A stretch of 63,158 bases of DNA, counting the filler, from Octopus bimaculoides (lineage: Eukaryota): NCBI RefSeq assembly GCF_001194135.2. It is 6 parts of 5 records of this genome, joined end to end, with 100 filler letters (N's around TTAATTAATTAA, not from the genome) between each part and the next. Parts side by side here need not be neighbours in the genome. Positions count along the whole stretch, not along the records: positions 1 to 18,067 come from NC_068982.1; positions 18,168 to 45,899 come from NC_068984.1; 4 more parts are not named here. One strand, 5' to 3'. The position numbers and the translations under genes were made by a program. Every line of letters starts with the position of its first letter. The first letter of the stretch is position 1. The notes under the pieces were generated by a model. That model made no database searches and was not told where the DNA came from. It worked only from the letters and a program-made list of their open reading frames with translations. Below are positions 14,910 to 26,512 of the stretch, in pieces.

Positions 14910-16138
14910 CACATGTCCATTTATATGTGTTTGTGTGTATCGTTATGTTGGTGTGTTCGTGTTTCTGCTTAAATGTAAAACAGTAATTTTGTTTTCAAAT
15001 TCGCAATACAACGTCCCCATAAACAGGTGGAAGAGATATCAAACTCAAATAAATATGGAGACAAAATGGTCAATCGAAGAATAATATAAATATACAATCT
15101 GACACCCAAACAAATAATAAGCAATTACACAAACATCCCTACATACATACATGCATATTTTATAAATATGTATGTCTATATACATATGTATGTTTGTGTG
15201 CGTGTGCGTGTATATGTGTGTGTGCGCGTGTGGATGTATGTATAACCCCCCGCTCCCAATACACAAAGGAAGCAGGGATTGATTTTTAATCATTTTACTA
15301 AACTACTATAAATCATTATCTTTATCTGAATGTGAAGTATGGGTTACAGTGGATCTTAAATATAAATTGGATTCAGTGAATTGAAGCAAGGAGCTCTTTG
15401 TTATATATTACTATGGGGCTGCGGTAGTAGGAAATAGCGTGACGCAAAACATCGCATAGAAAAAAACTTGCTTTACTCACTCACGTAACCAAATTCATGT
15501 TTATTCCTCATTATGCAGAGATTCATCATTTTAATATATAGAGTAATTAACTTTTACGATAACATATCACTTACAAAAGTTGTTGATATCTTAACGAACA
15601 AGAATTCGAACTTTTGCGTGATTCCTGTTACAAAAGTTTTGTGAGAATTTTAAATTTGGCGTATTAATGTAATTTTCTACGCTCCAGGACAATGTTTTTT
15701 AAAAGATTTACAGATGATTAAATTTTGACCCTTTTTTACCTAGTCAAAAACAGGAATCGAAAGGCGAAAAGTAAAGGGCGAGTTGAAAGTTATCATGCGT
15801 AGAATGGAAGCAACCACAATGAAAATGCGGAGCAAAACGTTGGAAGTCTTAAGAAAAGTTTCGTTTGATTGATCCCACTTCTTCCATCAAAGAAGTACAA
15901 AAAGCCGGTGTTCGTAGTTTGTGACAACAGGAGTGCATTGTATTACATTCCCACATCAGTGTGTTCTGCAGAGAAACTATTTCATCATGAGTCATTTCTT
16001 CAATTAGTTTTTGTTGTTATTTTAATTACTTGAGAACCTAAATTGATTTGCACACGCACCCACAGACTGACACACTCGTATATGAGAGGGAAAGTAACAG
16101 AAATACTGAAACTGACAAAGGAGTGAGTNNNNNNNNNN

Positions 16139-16190
<52 letters not shown>

Positions 16191-16980
16191 AATGGAATGA
16201 AAGCGTTTTATACATTTAAGATATTACGGATAATTGAATAACTATTTATTAACACCTGGGTTTATGCAGAATAATAATACCACTAACGCGACAAATAACA
16301 AAAGCGATTTCTGCTGCAAACATGAAGAGAACCATTGTAGGAACGGATTTTGATCGATGATATCGACCAATGCACTTGACTGATACTTATTACGTCGATC
16401 CCAGAAAGGGCATAGTATATTCAGCTAGACTTGAACTCAAAGTGTAAAGTAGCATCGATAAATAATCTGTTGTATTTTATCGGTAGATCTGAGGATATTG
16501 CCAATGCTCATAAAATTACAGCAGTGAATACGCACTTAATAATAATATGTATTGATTATGATCATAATTTTGGCAAAAGCTTGGTCATTCTGGATCAAGT
16601 AGTCATATGAATCGGAAGTTATCGATCGAAAGAATTGATGTTCCAATAGTGCCAGACCACCATGTGTTTTTTCCCGGCCATCGTATGCAAATTTATATAC
16701 GAATATATAAATCGACTTTGCTCTCAACTTAGTGTTTCCATGACATTATTGTTATTTCTATCAAGGCGAGTTACAACGTTTGGTATTGTGTAAAAGGCTA
16801 TTGCGTTGCCTTATACTGATGAACACCTATGATCACAGGATAAATCTTTATTCAAACGAAGTCTATCCATGTTTACATTATCCAACGCATCCTATATATT
16901 AGTTTAACACCTGACTGCAGATTGTTACCTTTGTCAAACCAAGTTCCGTCTCTGTCACTGTCTGTCAGTCTCTGTCTGTC

Positions 16981-17047
<67 letters not shown>

Positions 17048-17685
17048 ATCTATCTATCTCTGTCTATCTATCCATCCGTCTGTCTGCTTGTCTGTTTGTA
17101 TGTATGTCTTTTGTCCATCTATCTCACTGTCTCACTCTCTGTTTCTCCATATGTCTCCCGTTCTATATATATATATATATACAGAGAGAGAGAGAGAGAT
17201 NNNNNNNNNNTATATATATATATATATATATATATTATACATTACGAAAAACATAAGGTCACTGCAGATGTAATATCAATAACTGATTGAGAAAAGTACG
17301 TCAGTGTCTGTAATTAATAACAACACACATATACACACTGCACACCAAGCAGACATATGTATAGTATATTTAAAGAGAGTGATAGAGAGAAGAGAGAGTG
17401 TGTCTGTGTCTGTTAAATGTGGTGTAGAGATATTGTATATTGAGAAAAAAGGTCACCAGAACTATGGAAATTTTCTTTTTATTTATTCATTATCGTTAGC
17501 GCTTTCGTTCATTTTCGAACATAGCAAATAAAATTGTGAATGTTCAAACAGGTTGTTCAGTTATGTAAATCAGTTTTTTTTTTGTTCGGTTTTATTGAGA
17601 AGAGAACATTTTTTATTTTGTTGTTTTTGGGGGTGAGGTTCCAGGACAATGGAAATAGATAGAAGGTAGGAAGGTAGATAGTTAA

Positions 17686-17689
<4 letters not shown>

Positions 17690-17740
<51 letters not shown>

Positions 17741-17772
17741 GATAGATAGATGGATAGATAGATAAATAGATA
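17690..17772. repeat. (GATA)n tetranucleotide microsatellite
   Basis: Direct reading. Confidence 0.95.
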
Positions 17773-18111
17773 GACGGTCTGATAGATAGGTAGAGAGAAG
17801 GGGGAAGAAAGGATTTCTTTTCAATTTGGCATGTAGTTACCATTTATTTATTTAGTTAGCTATTTACATTTGTATCGCTATTGACATGAGTTCAAGGACG
17901 GTGACCTCTCCAAAGATGTCAGTTTTATGATGGGGAAAATATTGAAAAAGGATGGCGTGCGGTCATCACTGATAGCATTTTTTTTCTTTTCCTTAAGGTG
18001 CCAGAAGCAAAACAAAAGGTTCTATGAAAAATGAAATGCATATATAAGTATATACATATATATATATNNNNNNNNNNNNNNNNNNNNNNNNNNNNNNNNN
18101 NNNNNNNNNNN

Positions 18112-18123
18112 TTAATTAATTAA
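18112..18123. other. Assembly gap linker TTAATTAATTAA (six-frame stop); not biological
   Basis: Identical palindromic 12-mer centred in a 100-bp gap (44 N + 12 + 44 N); recurs at 45944, 50341, 55736 and 60107. Confidence 0.95.
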
Positions 18124-18186
18124 NNNNNNNNNNNNNNNNNNNNNNNNNNNNNNNNNNNNNNNNNNNNTATGTATGTATGTATGTAT

Positions 18187-18308
18187 AGGGCAGGAGTGGC
18201 TGTGTAGTAAGTAGCTTTCTTACCAACCACATGGCCTCGGGTTCAGTCCCACTGTGTGGCACCTTGGGCAAGCGTCTTCTACTATAGCCTTGTGAGTGGA
18301 TTTGATAG
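18187..18308 (+). mobile_element. tRNA-derived SINE head (family A), internally deleted
   Basis: GCAGGAGTGGCTGTGTAGTAAG...GGGTTCAGTCCCACTGTGTGGCACCTTGGGCAAG with A/B-box-like motifs; several further copies in the window. Confidence 0.85.
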
Positions 18309-18799
18309 AGAGAGAAAAAAAAGAGAGAGAAAATAAGAGGAAGAAAGAGAGAAAAAAGTGAATGTAATTTGGTTTCAGTTTTGGAACATGAAAATGAGGA
18401 AGATCTGGTTGCTATTTTAGTGTCCTTGATAAGATGAAAGGCAATGTTAAATGCAGTAGGATTCGAACTCTTTTCATATTTTTCTTCCCTTTATTCTCTC
18501 TTTCTTTCTCTTCTTTCTCTCTTTTTTCTCTCTTTCTTCCTCTTATTTTCTCTTCCTGTTTTCAATTTGACCTATCTCTTCATTCTAATCATACACATCT
18601 CTCCCCACCCCCATCTATCCACAAATATTACCAATACATTCTCAAATTTTCATTCACACAACAAGACCCTTTCGAATGAACAACACAGAATCCACGGCTC
18701 CATACTTTGAAATGACTACTATTGGAACTTACATACCATGTACAGGAAACTTTTTTACCACTTTCCTCGAATAATGGAACTGCAACTACAATAGTCTCT

Positions 18800-19204
18800 T
18801 TTACTCTTTTACTTGTTTCAGTCTTTTGACTGTGGCCATGCTGGAGCACCGCCTTTAGTCGAGAAAATCGATCCCGGGACTTATTTTTTGTAAGCCTAGT
18901 ACTTATTCTATCAGTCTCTTTTGCCGAACCGCTAAGTTACGGGGACATAAACACACCAGCATCGGTTATCAAGCGATGGTGGGGGGACAAACACACACAC
19001 TCAAACACACACACATATACATATATATATACATATATACGACAGGCTTCTTTCAGTTTCCGTCCACCAAATCCACTCACAAGGCTTTGGTCGGCCCGAG
19101 GCTATAGTAGAAGACACTTGCCCAATATGCCACGCAGTGGGACTGAACCCGGGACCATGTGGTTGGTAAGCAAGCTACTTACCACACAGCCACTCCTGCG
19201 CCTA
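18800..19204 (-). mobile_element. Composite SINE: family-A tRNA head + (TA/TG)n + family-B body
   Basis: A segment at 19041-19204 and B segment at 18800-19005 in the same orientation, joined by a dinucleotide tract. Confidence 0.85.
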
Positions 19205-19334
19205 TATCTTTATATATTTTATATTTTATTTCTACTTTCATTCTCTTATCTCCTTCTATATTCCCTACCTCCTCCTTTTCTATAATAATTCCTTATTTCG
19301 AACTCAAATATTTACCTCTATTTAACCATCTCAC

Positions 19335-19387
19335 ATCGTCTCTGATGAAGGGATATCCATAATATCCCAGAACAGCTGTAAGACTAT
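19335..19387 (+). ncRNA. Degenerate type I hammerhead ribozyme (paralog of 61028-61079)
   Basis: ATCGTCT-CTGATGA-AGGGATAT-ccata-ATATCCC-AGAA-C-agct-G-TA-AGACTAT; the CCCTGAAAC of the intact copy has become CCCAGAAC, so one core A is lost. Confidence 0.7.
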
Positions 19388-19629
19388 ATCTACATCCTTT
19401 TTTCTTATAAATGTCCTGAAAATTCCTCACAGCCTTGGCTTTGTTATCTCATTTTGTTTAATATATATATATATATATATATATGCATACTAATACAAGA
19501 CCCACATTAGACTCCTCACTCGTATCACTATCGAACCAAGAGTTTAACTACGGTCTGTCCATACCACTGAATTAGCGTTACCTGCAACTCTTTGGGTCTT
19601 CTAGATACCAATACCTCTCATACCCTCGC

Positions 19630-19661
<32 letters not shown>

Positions 19662-19754
19662 AGTGTGTGTGTGTGTGTGTGTCTGTCTGTCTGTATGTAT
19701 GTATGTATGTATGTATGTATGTGTCTGTGTGTGTGTGTGTGTATGTGTGTCTGT

Positions 19755-19962
19755 GTTGGTATGTCTGTGTCCCCCACCATCGTTTGACAACCGATGTTGG
19801 TGTGTTTACGTCCCCGTAACTTAGCGATTCGGCAAAAGGGATCGTTAGCACAAGTACTAGGCTTACAAATAATAAGTCCTGGGGTGGATTTGTTCGACTA
19901 AAGGTGGTGCTCCAGCATGGTCGCAGTCAAATGACTGAAACAAATAAAAGAATATAAAGAGT
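19755..19962 (+). mobile_element. SINE family-B body
   Basis: TGTCCCCCACCATCGTTTGACAACCGATGTTGGTGTGTTTACGTCCCCGTAACTTAGCG...GTGCTCCAGCATGG...GAAACAAATAAAAG. Confidence 0.85.
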
Positions 19963-20136
19963 AATCTTTTTTTAAAAAACAAATGAGGTATACGGCTGTC
20001 ATATTGGTGAAACATACTATGAATGCTTTTGATACCAGTTCGCCTGAGACTGTCCCTGTTTTTATGATACAAACTTTCCATAGTCTAAAATAAAACCTTC
20101 CATCAAAATTTCATATTAATTTCTGTTCTTTACAAA

Positions 20137-20352
20137 GGCATCGAGCTGGCAGAATCATTAGTGCGATCGGAGGCAACAGCTTGGCAGCATTTCTTCCGGT
20201 CCTTTATGTTTTGCGTTCAAATTCCGCCGGGGTCAACTTTGCCTTTCATCCTTTCGGGGTCGATAAAATAAGTACCAGTTGAACACTAGGATCAATGTAA
20301 TCGACTAGCCTTCTCTCCAAAATTCCAGGCCTTGTACCTATTATTGAAAGAA
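20137..20352 (+). mobile_element. SINE family C
   Basis: AAGGCATCGAGCTGGCAGAATC...GTTCAAATTCCGCCGGGGTCAACTTTGCCTTTCATCCTTTCGGGGTCGATAAAATAAGTACCAG; repeated many times in the window. Confidence 0.85.
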
Positions 20353-20974
20353 TTTGTGTTCTTTAAACCATCTTAATAATGGCTCAGTTATTTTACTAAA
20401 ACCTTCATTATTTTAGAAATTAATTGAAACAAAAGCAGTATTTCAACAGAAATAAAAGGGTTAAACCAACTTTTTTATAACCATAAAAGCAAAGGGCATC
20501 TTCAAATGTTAGCAAAAAATAGATCATTCATAAGTATCCATAGCTAGTAGAGGTTAGTCCGATAGATTCAGACGGCGACACAACCTACACGACACTCATT
20601 TCTCTGGTGAATGTAGAAGTGTAGACACCCAAATAACCCAGGAATATCTCCACCTTTTTAAAAATATCATCGAGTATAGCAACAATCCTCTCTCTTTTGA
20701 AACTAATGTTCTTTTGTGTAGGTTTTACTCTCAGCATGGTAAATATTTTTTTATGAAAAGAATAATCACAATACTGGTTGTTATAAAAAGTTGAAATTTT
20801 CTCTGCAAACCATTCCAATGGTTCTGTTCAAATAAAGTAACAGACGTCAATGACTTTCGAAATTCAAGGGAGACAAGTTTAAGTTCATGTACAGAATCTG
20901 ACTCATTTTCTTTAGATGTGACGAATTTTCCTCACGGTTATTTCAATGCATATTATATCATTTTGTTTATGTTT

Positions 20975-22978
20975 AGTCGCAATCCCGACTAGGTTCATAC
21001 ACGACAACCTCCACCTCGTGCGATACATCATAGAAAGGGTAGGGTGTAAACCTAGCTTCGGTGGGGCGCTGATCAATTTAGATCAATCGAAAGCATTCGA
21101 TAGGGTTGACCATCGATATCTAGAGGCTGTCCTCAAAGTGGCTGGCTTCAGAGGTTGGATCGCTGCAATGCATAGCGACATCTGCTCGGTGGTCAAAGTT
21201 AATGGCTACTTCTCGGAACCGTTTCAGCTCTTCCGATCGGTCCGTCAAGGGTGCCCTCTCCTCCATTCTGTACGTATTGACTCTTGAGCCTTTACTGCAG
21301 AAGCTGGAGCTGCTGCAGGGCATCCCGCTCGAACCGGGGCGCAGGAGAGCTGGTTTGGCGTATGCGGACGACATTACCGTGATGGTGTCGGACATCTCAG
21401 AAATCGAGGTGGTCGGCACATCATTGGAGGAATATGAAAAGTTGACAGGAGCAAGACTTAACCCGGAAAAGTCGGTGGGTTTGCAACTCGGTACCAGGAG
21501 AGGCAAGTCCATGCCGTCCAACAGCGTCGTTGGTCGCTGGACGGACGGACTAGTAAAGTTGCTTTGGGTTTGGTTCGGACCAGACCTCCAGGTGGATAAG
21601 AATTAGGACGAGGTGATGAGCAGGGTAGCCAGTCTCACCCAGAAATGGGCTGGGAAGAAGCTATCACTGAAAGGACGAGCGGAGGGAGCGAATGCATACA
21701 TCGCGTCCGTCATCTACTACCGCTTGACCGTCGTGCCTTGCTCCCGATCGCGTCATCCCAAGTTAGAACGTCTCCTCTTCAAATTCCTGTGGCGGGAACA
21801 GGTTCCATTGGTGAGGCGGTCCATCTGCTGCCAACACCCTCTACGCGGAGGGCTGGGCATGNNNNNNNNNNCCATCTGCTGCCAACACCCTCTACGCGGA
21901 GGGCTAGGCATGCTGTGGTTAATGATACGCAGACATGCGCTGAAGCTGCGGTATCTCCAGATATTATGCCTAAACGGTGAACAGGTGTGGTCGCTGTTTG
22001 TCAAACAGGCTTTTCCACAGCTAGTCTCCTTGACTGAGCTGCAGTCCTGGGTCAAGAAGAGACCGAGGAAGGGTGACTGGCATCTGGAATATTGCCAGGT
22101 ACTCACTGCCCTTTGCCAGGTAGGCAATGTGATCAGTGGAACATCCACTCTTGAGTTCTATAGAGGATTAGTGCACTTGGAGAGACGCTAGGCGTTGACG
22201 AAATCGAACAAGCCAGTCTGTTCAGGACTTTCGAGCCAGGGACGATGGATAACTTCTAGAAATCCCTAGCTTGGCAGTGCTACAGGGAGGGCACTGCCGG
22301 TTCGAGATAAACTCTACAGGCACGGAAGTGCTGTCATACAGACCTGCCCGAGATGCGCGCAGAGCGACGAAACCTTTCTGCATGCACTCGTCCAGTGTCC
22401 TTGCATTACTGACCTGTGGAGTTATGTCGAACAGTTGTTATCCCGTGTAGGACGGACCCAGCTATCGGCTGAATTCATAGTGAAGACTGATCCGCCGCCT
22501 TCCTTCGGTCCGGAAGGGCAGGCAATTTTCCTCTGTCTGATCGCAGTAGCGAAAGAGGTTGTATGGCGAACCAGGTTGAAAGGACTGAAGACAGACACTT
22601 TTCTCTTTGGCCAATCACTCATCAACTTTTTCAAATTTCGTTTGCTAAAAGGTGGGTGAGTGTAGCGAAAATGGCACGTGTGAGTGGACCTACTCTAATA
22701 ATGAGTCAGTAGGCTAGTGAATTTGAGAGGGAGAAGGGTACTCTTCCCAGATGCCCTCGAAGCGTCGAGTGGTTCAGGATTGGTAGGGTACCTGAGCCAA
22801 CTCCAGGTGGTTACCTCTCCACACCCGCCCTATTGGGGAACTTTCATTGTTATATTTTGTTGGAAATACATTGTTATTGTTTTAATTGTGAACTCGTTGT
22901 TTCTGTGTAAAATCCCCACTGTCCATTTCTACTGTATCGTCCCTTATATGTTGGCCCTAGTGGCTAATAAATGAAACA
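20975..22978 (+). mobile_element. 5'-truncated Tx1/L1-clade LINE ORF2 (RT plus C-terminal CCHC), pseudogenised
   Basis: LINLDQSKAFDRVDH, SVRQGCP, LYVLTLEPLL, AYADDIT RT motifs, LSLKGRA..., HPLRGGLGM and TCPRCAQSDETFLHALVQCP; frameshift near 21270, TAG at 21604; ends in AATAAA and an (AAT)n tail. Confidence 0.92.
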
Positions 22979-23009
22979 ATAATAATAATAATTATTATTA
23001 TTATTATTA

Positions 23010-23222
23010 AGGCGACGAACTGGCAGAATCGTTAGCACGCCGGGCAAAATGCTTAGCGGCAATTCATCCGTCTGCTCGTTCTGAATTCCAATTTTGTCGA
23101 AATCGACTTTGCATTTCATTCTTTTGGGGTTGATAAAAGTACCAGTTGTGTACTGGGTCGTGTAATCGACTAACCCCCCTTCCTCAAATTTCAGGCCTTG
23201 TGCCTTTAGTAGAAAGGATTAT
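23010..23222 (+). mobile_element. SINE family C
   Basis: Same consensus as 20137-20352; preceded by an (AAT)n(ATT)n junction. Confidence 0.85.
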
Positions 23223-23338
23223 TTCTATAATTATTATTAAATGAATAACAGAATGTTGGATATTTTAAAAAGTTAAAATGTGTGTTAAACGTTGCGTGTG
23301 TATACAATATAGCTTAGACCAGAAAATAGCTGGTATCT

Positions 23339-23376
<38 letters not shown>

Positions 23377-23951
23377 AGAAAAAGCCGGACGACAAACGAA
23401 GATTAGAAAACGAAGTAAACAAGAATAATGGAAGGCTAAAATGCGGAAAAATGTCCTTTATAATATATGTAGTTCTTTTACGATGTGTATAATGAATATT
23501 AATATTGTTATTCCTTATAATGAATATTAATATCCCTTGTAACTAATATTAATATTCCTTCATAATTAACATTAATTAGTATTCCTTTATATTATGTGTG
23601 TTAATATCACTCGACGAAACTGACATCAGTTAATTCATAACATTTCTCCTGATATTGTTTGTCTTTTTTTGTGGACAACAGCAGCACCAACACCAGTAAC
23701 ACCAGCAGCCACAGTAGTACTGTTTTATGTCTTCCTATTTTTATCGAGTAAAGAAAAACGAAAAAACAAAAATGATAATATTCCGACTGAAAGCAACAGC
23801 CTGAATAACGTTCATTTTATAAATAGCTGAGCTAACAGGAGGCAAAGTACTACTACTACTACTACTACTACAATTACTACTACTACTACTATTACTACTA
23901 CCGGTGGTGGTGGTGGTGGTGGTAGCAATGGTGGTTGTTGTACTTGTGGTT

Positions 23952-23987
<36 letters not shown>

Positions 23988-24344
23988 CTCAGTGAGCGTA
24001 ACTTTCATTCCTGTTTGCCGAACACACACACACACACACACACATGCACACATTTAGACATATTACACATACGCACACATATATTCACATGTATACATAC
24101 ACACGTACAGATAAACGTACACACACACTATTACAAACCCTCTATTCTTAATTTCTTATCTTACCTGAAGGCACAATTTATTTATCTTCTTTACTTTGAT
24201 GACCGAAACTCGCTTCAGCTCTTGAGAAGTTCATTCTAGCTTAACGCCCTCTTCTGATAACAATGAGTTCGAATCCAGGATAGTAAAGGTGGAGTCGATA
24301 ATCTCAGGCCCCAATGATTATACAGTAGTCCACACAGTTTGCTT

Positions 24345-24713
24345 TCTTCAATCAATTCCCTTTTTCAGAACCTTAGGTGCCTCATTTGGGACGTCACAGT
24401 TTGTGACTCCTTTGCTCCCTCCCACATCCTGGATACTGCGGTAAATGGGAGGATCACTGCTTCTGTAGCCAAACAGAATAAAATCCTTAAGTATCGGGAC
24501 TTGTCAGTGAACCGTTTCTTTCAGCCTGTGACGTTTGAGACGTTTGGAGGGGCAGGTCTACAAACAGCCCAATTCCTGTCATCGTTGGTGGCTCGCCTTA
24601 CCGAGCTATCAGGTGATGCCCTGTGAGGGTGCTTGGCTGTTGCAACACCTTAGTCACACCATCACCCGTGGCAATGTTGCGAGCGTGTTGTCCTATTTCA
24701 GTAGGTTCTGTTG
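24345..24713 (+). mobile_element. CRE-clade non-LTR retrotransposon 3' fragment (restriction-like endonuclease)
   Basis: CLIWDVTVCDSFAPSH...KILKYRDL...FQPVTFETFGG...LTELSGD, then after a frameshift EGAWLLQHLSHTITRGNVASVL; matches the CRE RLE pattern WDVTV.D..APS...KY..L...F.P.AFET.G...QRLS..IQRGNAA.VL. Confidence 0.85.
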
Positions 24714-25069
24714 AACCTTGTGGCGTGCAACCAAATTGATGCACTTAATGTTGAATTGTGTTTTTCTTTTTTTTTTTCTTCTTTGCTCCTATTTATGTTT
24801 TCTTCGGTTTGGAATTTGTATTCTAATGTAACTATGTATTATTTATGGATCATATACATACGTGTTATATATGTAATTATTAAATGCAAATCTTAATTTT
24901 CATGAAATATTTGTAAAATATAAATTTCTTACGAAAAGAATATTAAAAAATATTCACTTATTTCTAGTTAAAGTCTTGTTGAAATTTTCTTTTCTTGCCA
25001 CGCAGTCTGGGGTGGAAAAGTGCCTAACAATGTTTGGTTATTGCTTCAATCGAATATACATACATACTT

Positions 25070-25220
25070 AGGCGCAGGCATGGCTCTGTGGCTAAGTAGT
25101 TTGCTTCTCAACCATGTAATCTTGTGTTCAGTCACACTGCGCCACTTCCACTCTAGTCCTGGGCCAACCAAAGCCTTGTGAGCGGGTTTGGTTGACGAAA
25201 ACTAAAAAAAGCTCGTCTTA
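25070..25220 (+). mobile_element. SINE family-A head, diverged
   Basis: AGGCGCAGGCATGGCTCTGTGGCTAAGTAG...CCAAAGCCTTGTGAGCGGGTTTGG. Confidence 0.8.
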
Positions 25221-25259
25221 TATATATATATATAAATAAATATATACATATACTTTTAT

Positions 25260-25297
25260 TCTTTCTGTCGAAGAGCGTAGGCTCGAAACGTTAAAGA
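25260..25297 (+). ncRNA. Minimal hammerhead-like motif with loop-less palindromic stem III and one core substitution
   Basis: TCTTT-CTGTCGA-A-GAG-cgtagg-CTC-GAAA-CG-TT-AAAGA: 5-bp stem I, 3-bp stem II, AACGTT palindrome; core is CUGUCGA instead of CUGANGA. Confidence 0.55.
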
Positions 25298-25908
25298 CTT
25301 TTCCATTCTTCCTGAGCGTTAAACTAATACACTTGCTTGTTGTTCCCTCATTTGTCTTCGTCTTTTGTTTTCTGTAAATTTGAACTATATATATATGTGT
25401 GTGAATATGTGTCTATGTGTGTATACATACATACATAGAGAGAGAGAGAGAGAGAGGTTTGAAAATTTAAACAGAAGCTCGATAATGGTATGAATGGAAA
25501 ATTCACACACAAGACATGGACGTGCTCTTGCCTCGTCAGTTATCGTTCAAAAGAATCATTACAACTTCATGCCTTTAACGATAATATTGTTCATTTTTCG
25601 TGGCGTCAACTGCGAAAAACTGTTGGGAGTAGCGACCGAACGTTGAGGACAGTGACGAAAACAACAAACGCGATGCATAAATGTGAATATACAAACAAAC
25701 AATATATAAAGAAAATAAAAGTTGTACTGCTTGAGACAAGACATATGTATAGTAACACAATATATATATATATAAGTTCAGGACTCGAGTGAATCAGGTA
25801 CTTAAATGGTAAAGCACCGAGTCGGGTGAAAAAAAGGAAGTAATGTATACTACGAAATCAGAGGAATAGATACCTACGTACATATAAATATGTATGTATG
25901 TATGTATG

Positions 25909-25958
<50 letters not shown>

Positions 25959-26205
25959 GCCCTACCACCTTTTGTTCACTCCCTCATAACCTGATATTTC
26001 GCCACAAGATACCGATAGGATAAGTACCAGGCTTTAAAATAAATAAATAACTGCGGGTGGCGATTTCCTGACTAACACATTTTTTACTATGGACCCCTTG
26101 GATGACTATTTTACTTTGATTGCTATTCTGGTAGACCCGCCCCCTAGCCATTCGGTGTTTAAAAACTAGTATTATAGAAACTTCTTTCAAAATTCCAATT
26201 TTGTC

Positions 26206-26512
26206 GAAGTAGCTGTATGCTGTCAACTTAATGTGACAGTCTCCTGAAGGGAATAATACTACTGTTGGTTAGACCTAGGAAGCAGCACCGCTTCCTGTCG
26301 GCCTTGACACATTTCCTGTGTTCTTATGTTTACAAGGGGGAGACAAGCATCCCACCCAGCTAAGCCTGCATCCAGAGACATGTTTCTGAGTCTTTGCTCG
26401 TCATCAGTCTGGAGTAGCATGACCTGCTAATCGAAGATGCCTGTTAAGCTCTTGTAAACATATAATAATTCTAGGGGACTGTCACATTAAGTTGACAGCA
26501 TACAACTACTTC
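26206..26512. mobile_element. 307-bp element bounded by 40-bp inverted repeats and enclosing a hammerhead ribozyme
   Basis: 26206-26245 and 26473-26512 are reverse complements at 38/40 positions; additional nested stems; HHR at 26371-26413. Confidence 0.8.
26371..26413 (-). ncRNA. Minimal type I hammerhead ribozyme
   Basis: TCCAGA-CTGATGA-C-GAG-caaaga-CTC-A-GAAA-C-at-G-TC|TCTGGA: perfect 6-bp stem I, full core, GUC triplet (cut between 26377 and 26376), palindromic ACATGT stem III. Confidence 0.8.

Larger units (their letters stand above)
18450..19610 (+). mobile_element. Penelope-like pLTR/3' region with a degenerate HHR, interrupted by a composite SINE at 18800-19204
   Basis: Collinear homology with the reverse complement of 60850-61464 (e.g. 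...ATAATGGAACT.CAAC..., ...TATAAATGTCCT.AAAATT..., ...CATTAGACTCCTCACTC...); carries the HHR motif at 19335-19387. Confidence 0.65.

Noticed and set aside
18112-18123. Recurring palindrome TTAATTAATTAA (also 45944, 50341, 55736, 60107) as a biological motif
   Set aside because: It is always centred in a 100-bp N gap and encodes stops in all six frames, so it is a scaffolding linker.
21830-21912. 40-bp tandem duplication (ICCQHPLRGGLGM twice) in the Tx1 element
   Set aside because: The copies flank a 10-N gap, so this is most likely an unmerged contig overlap.
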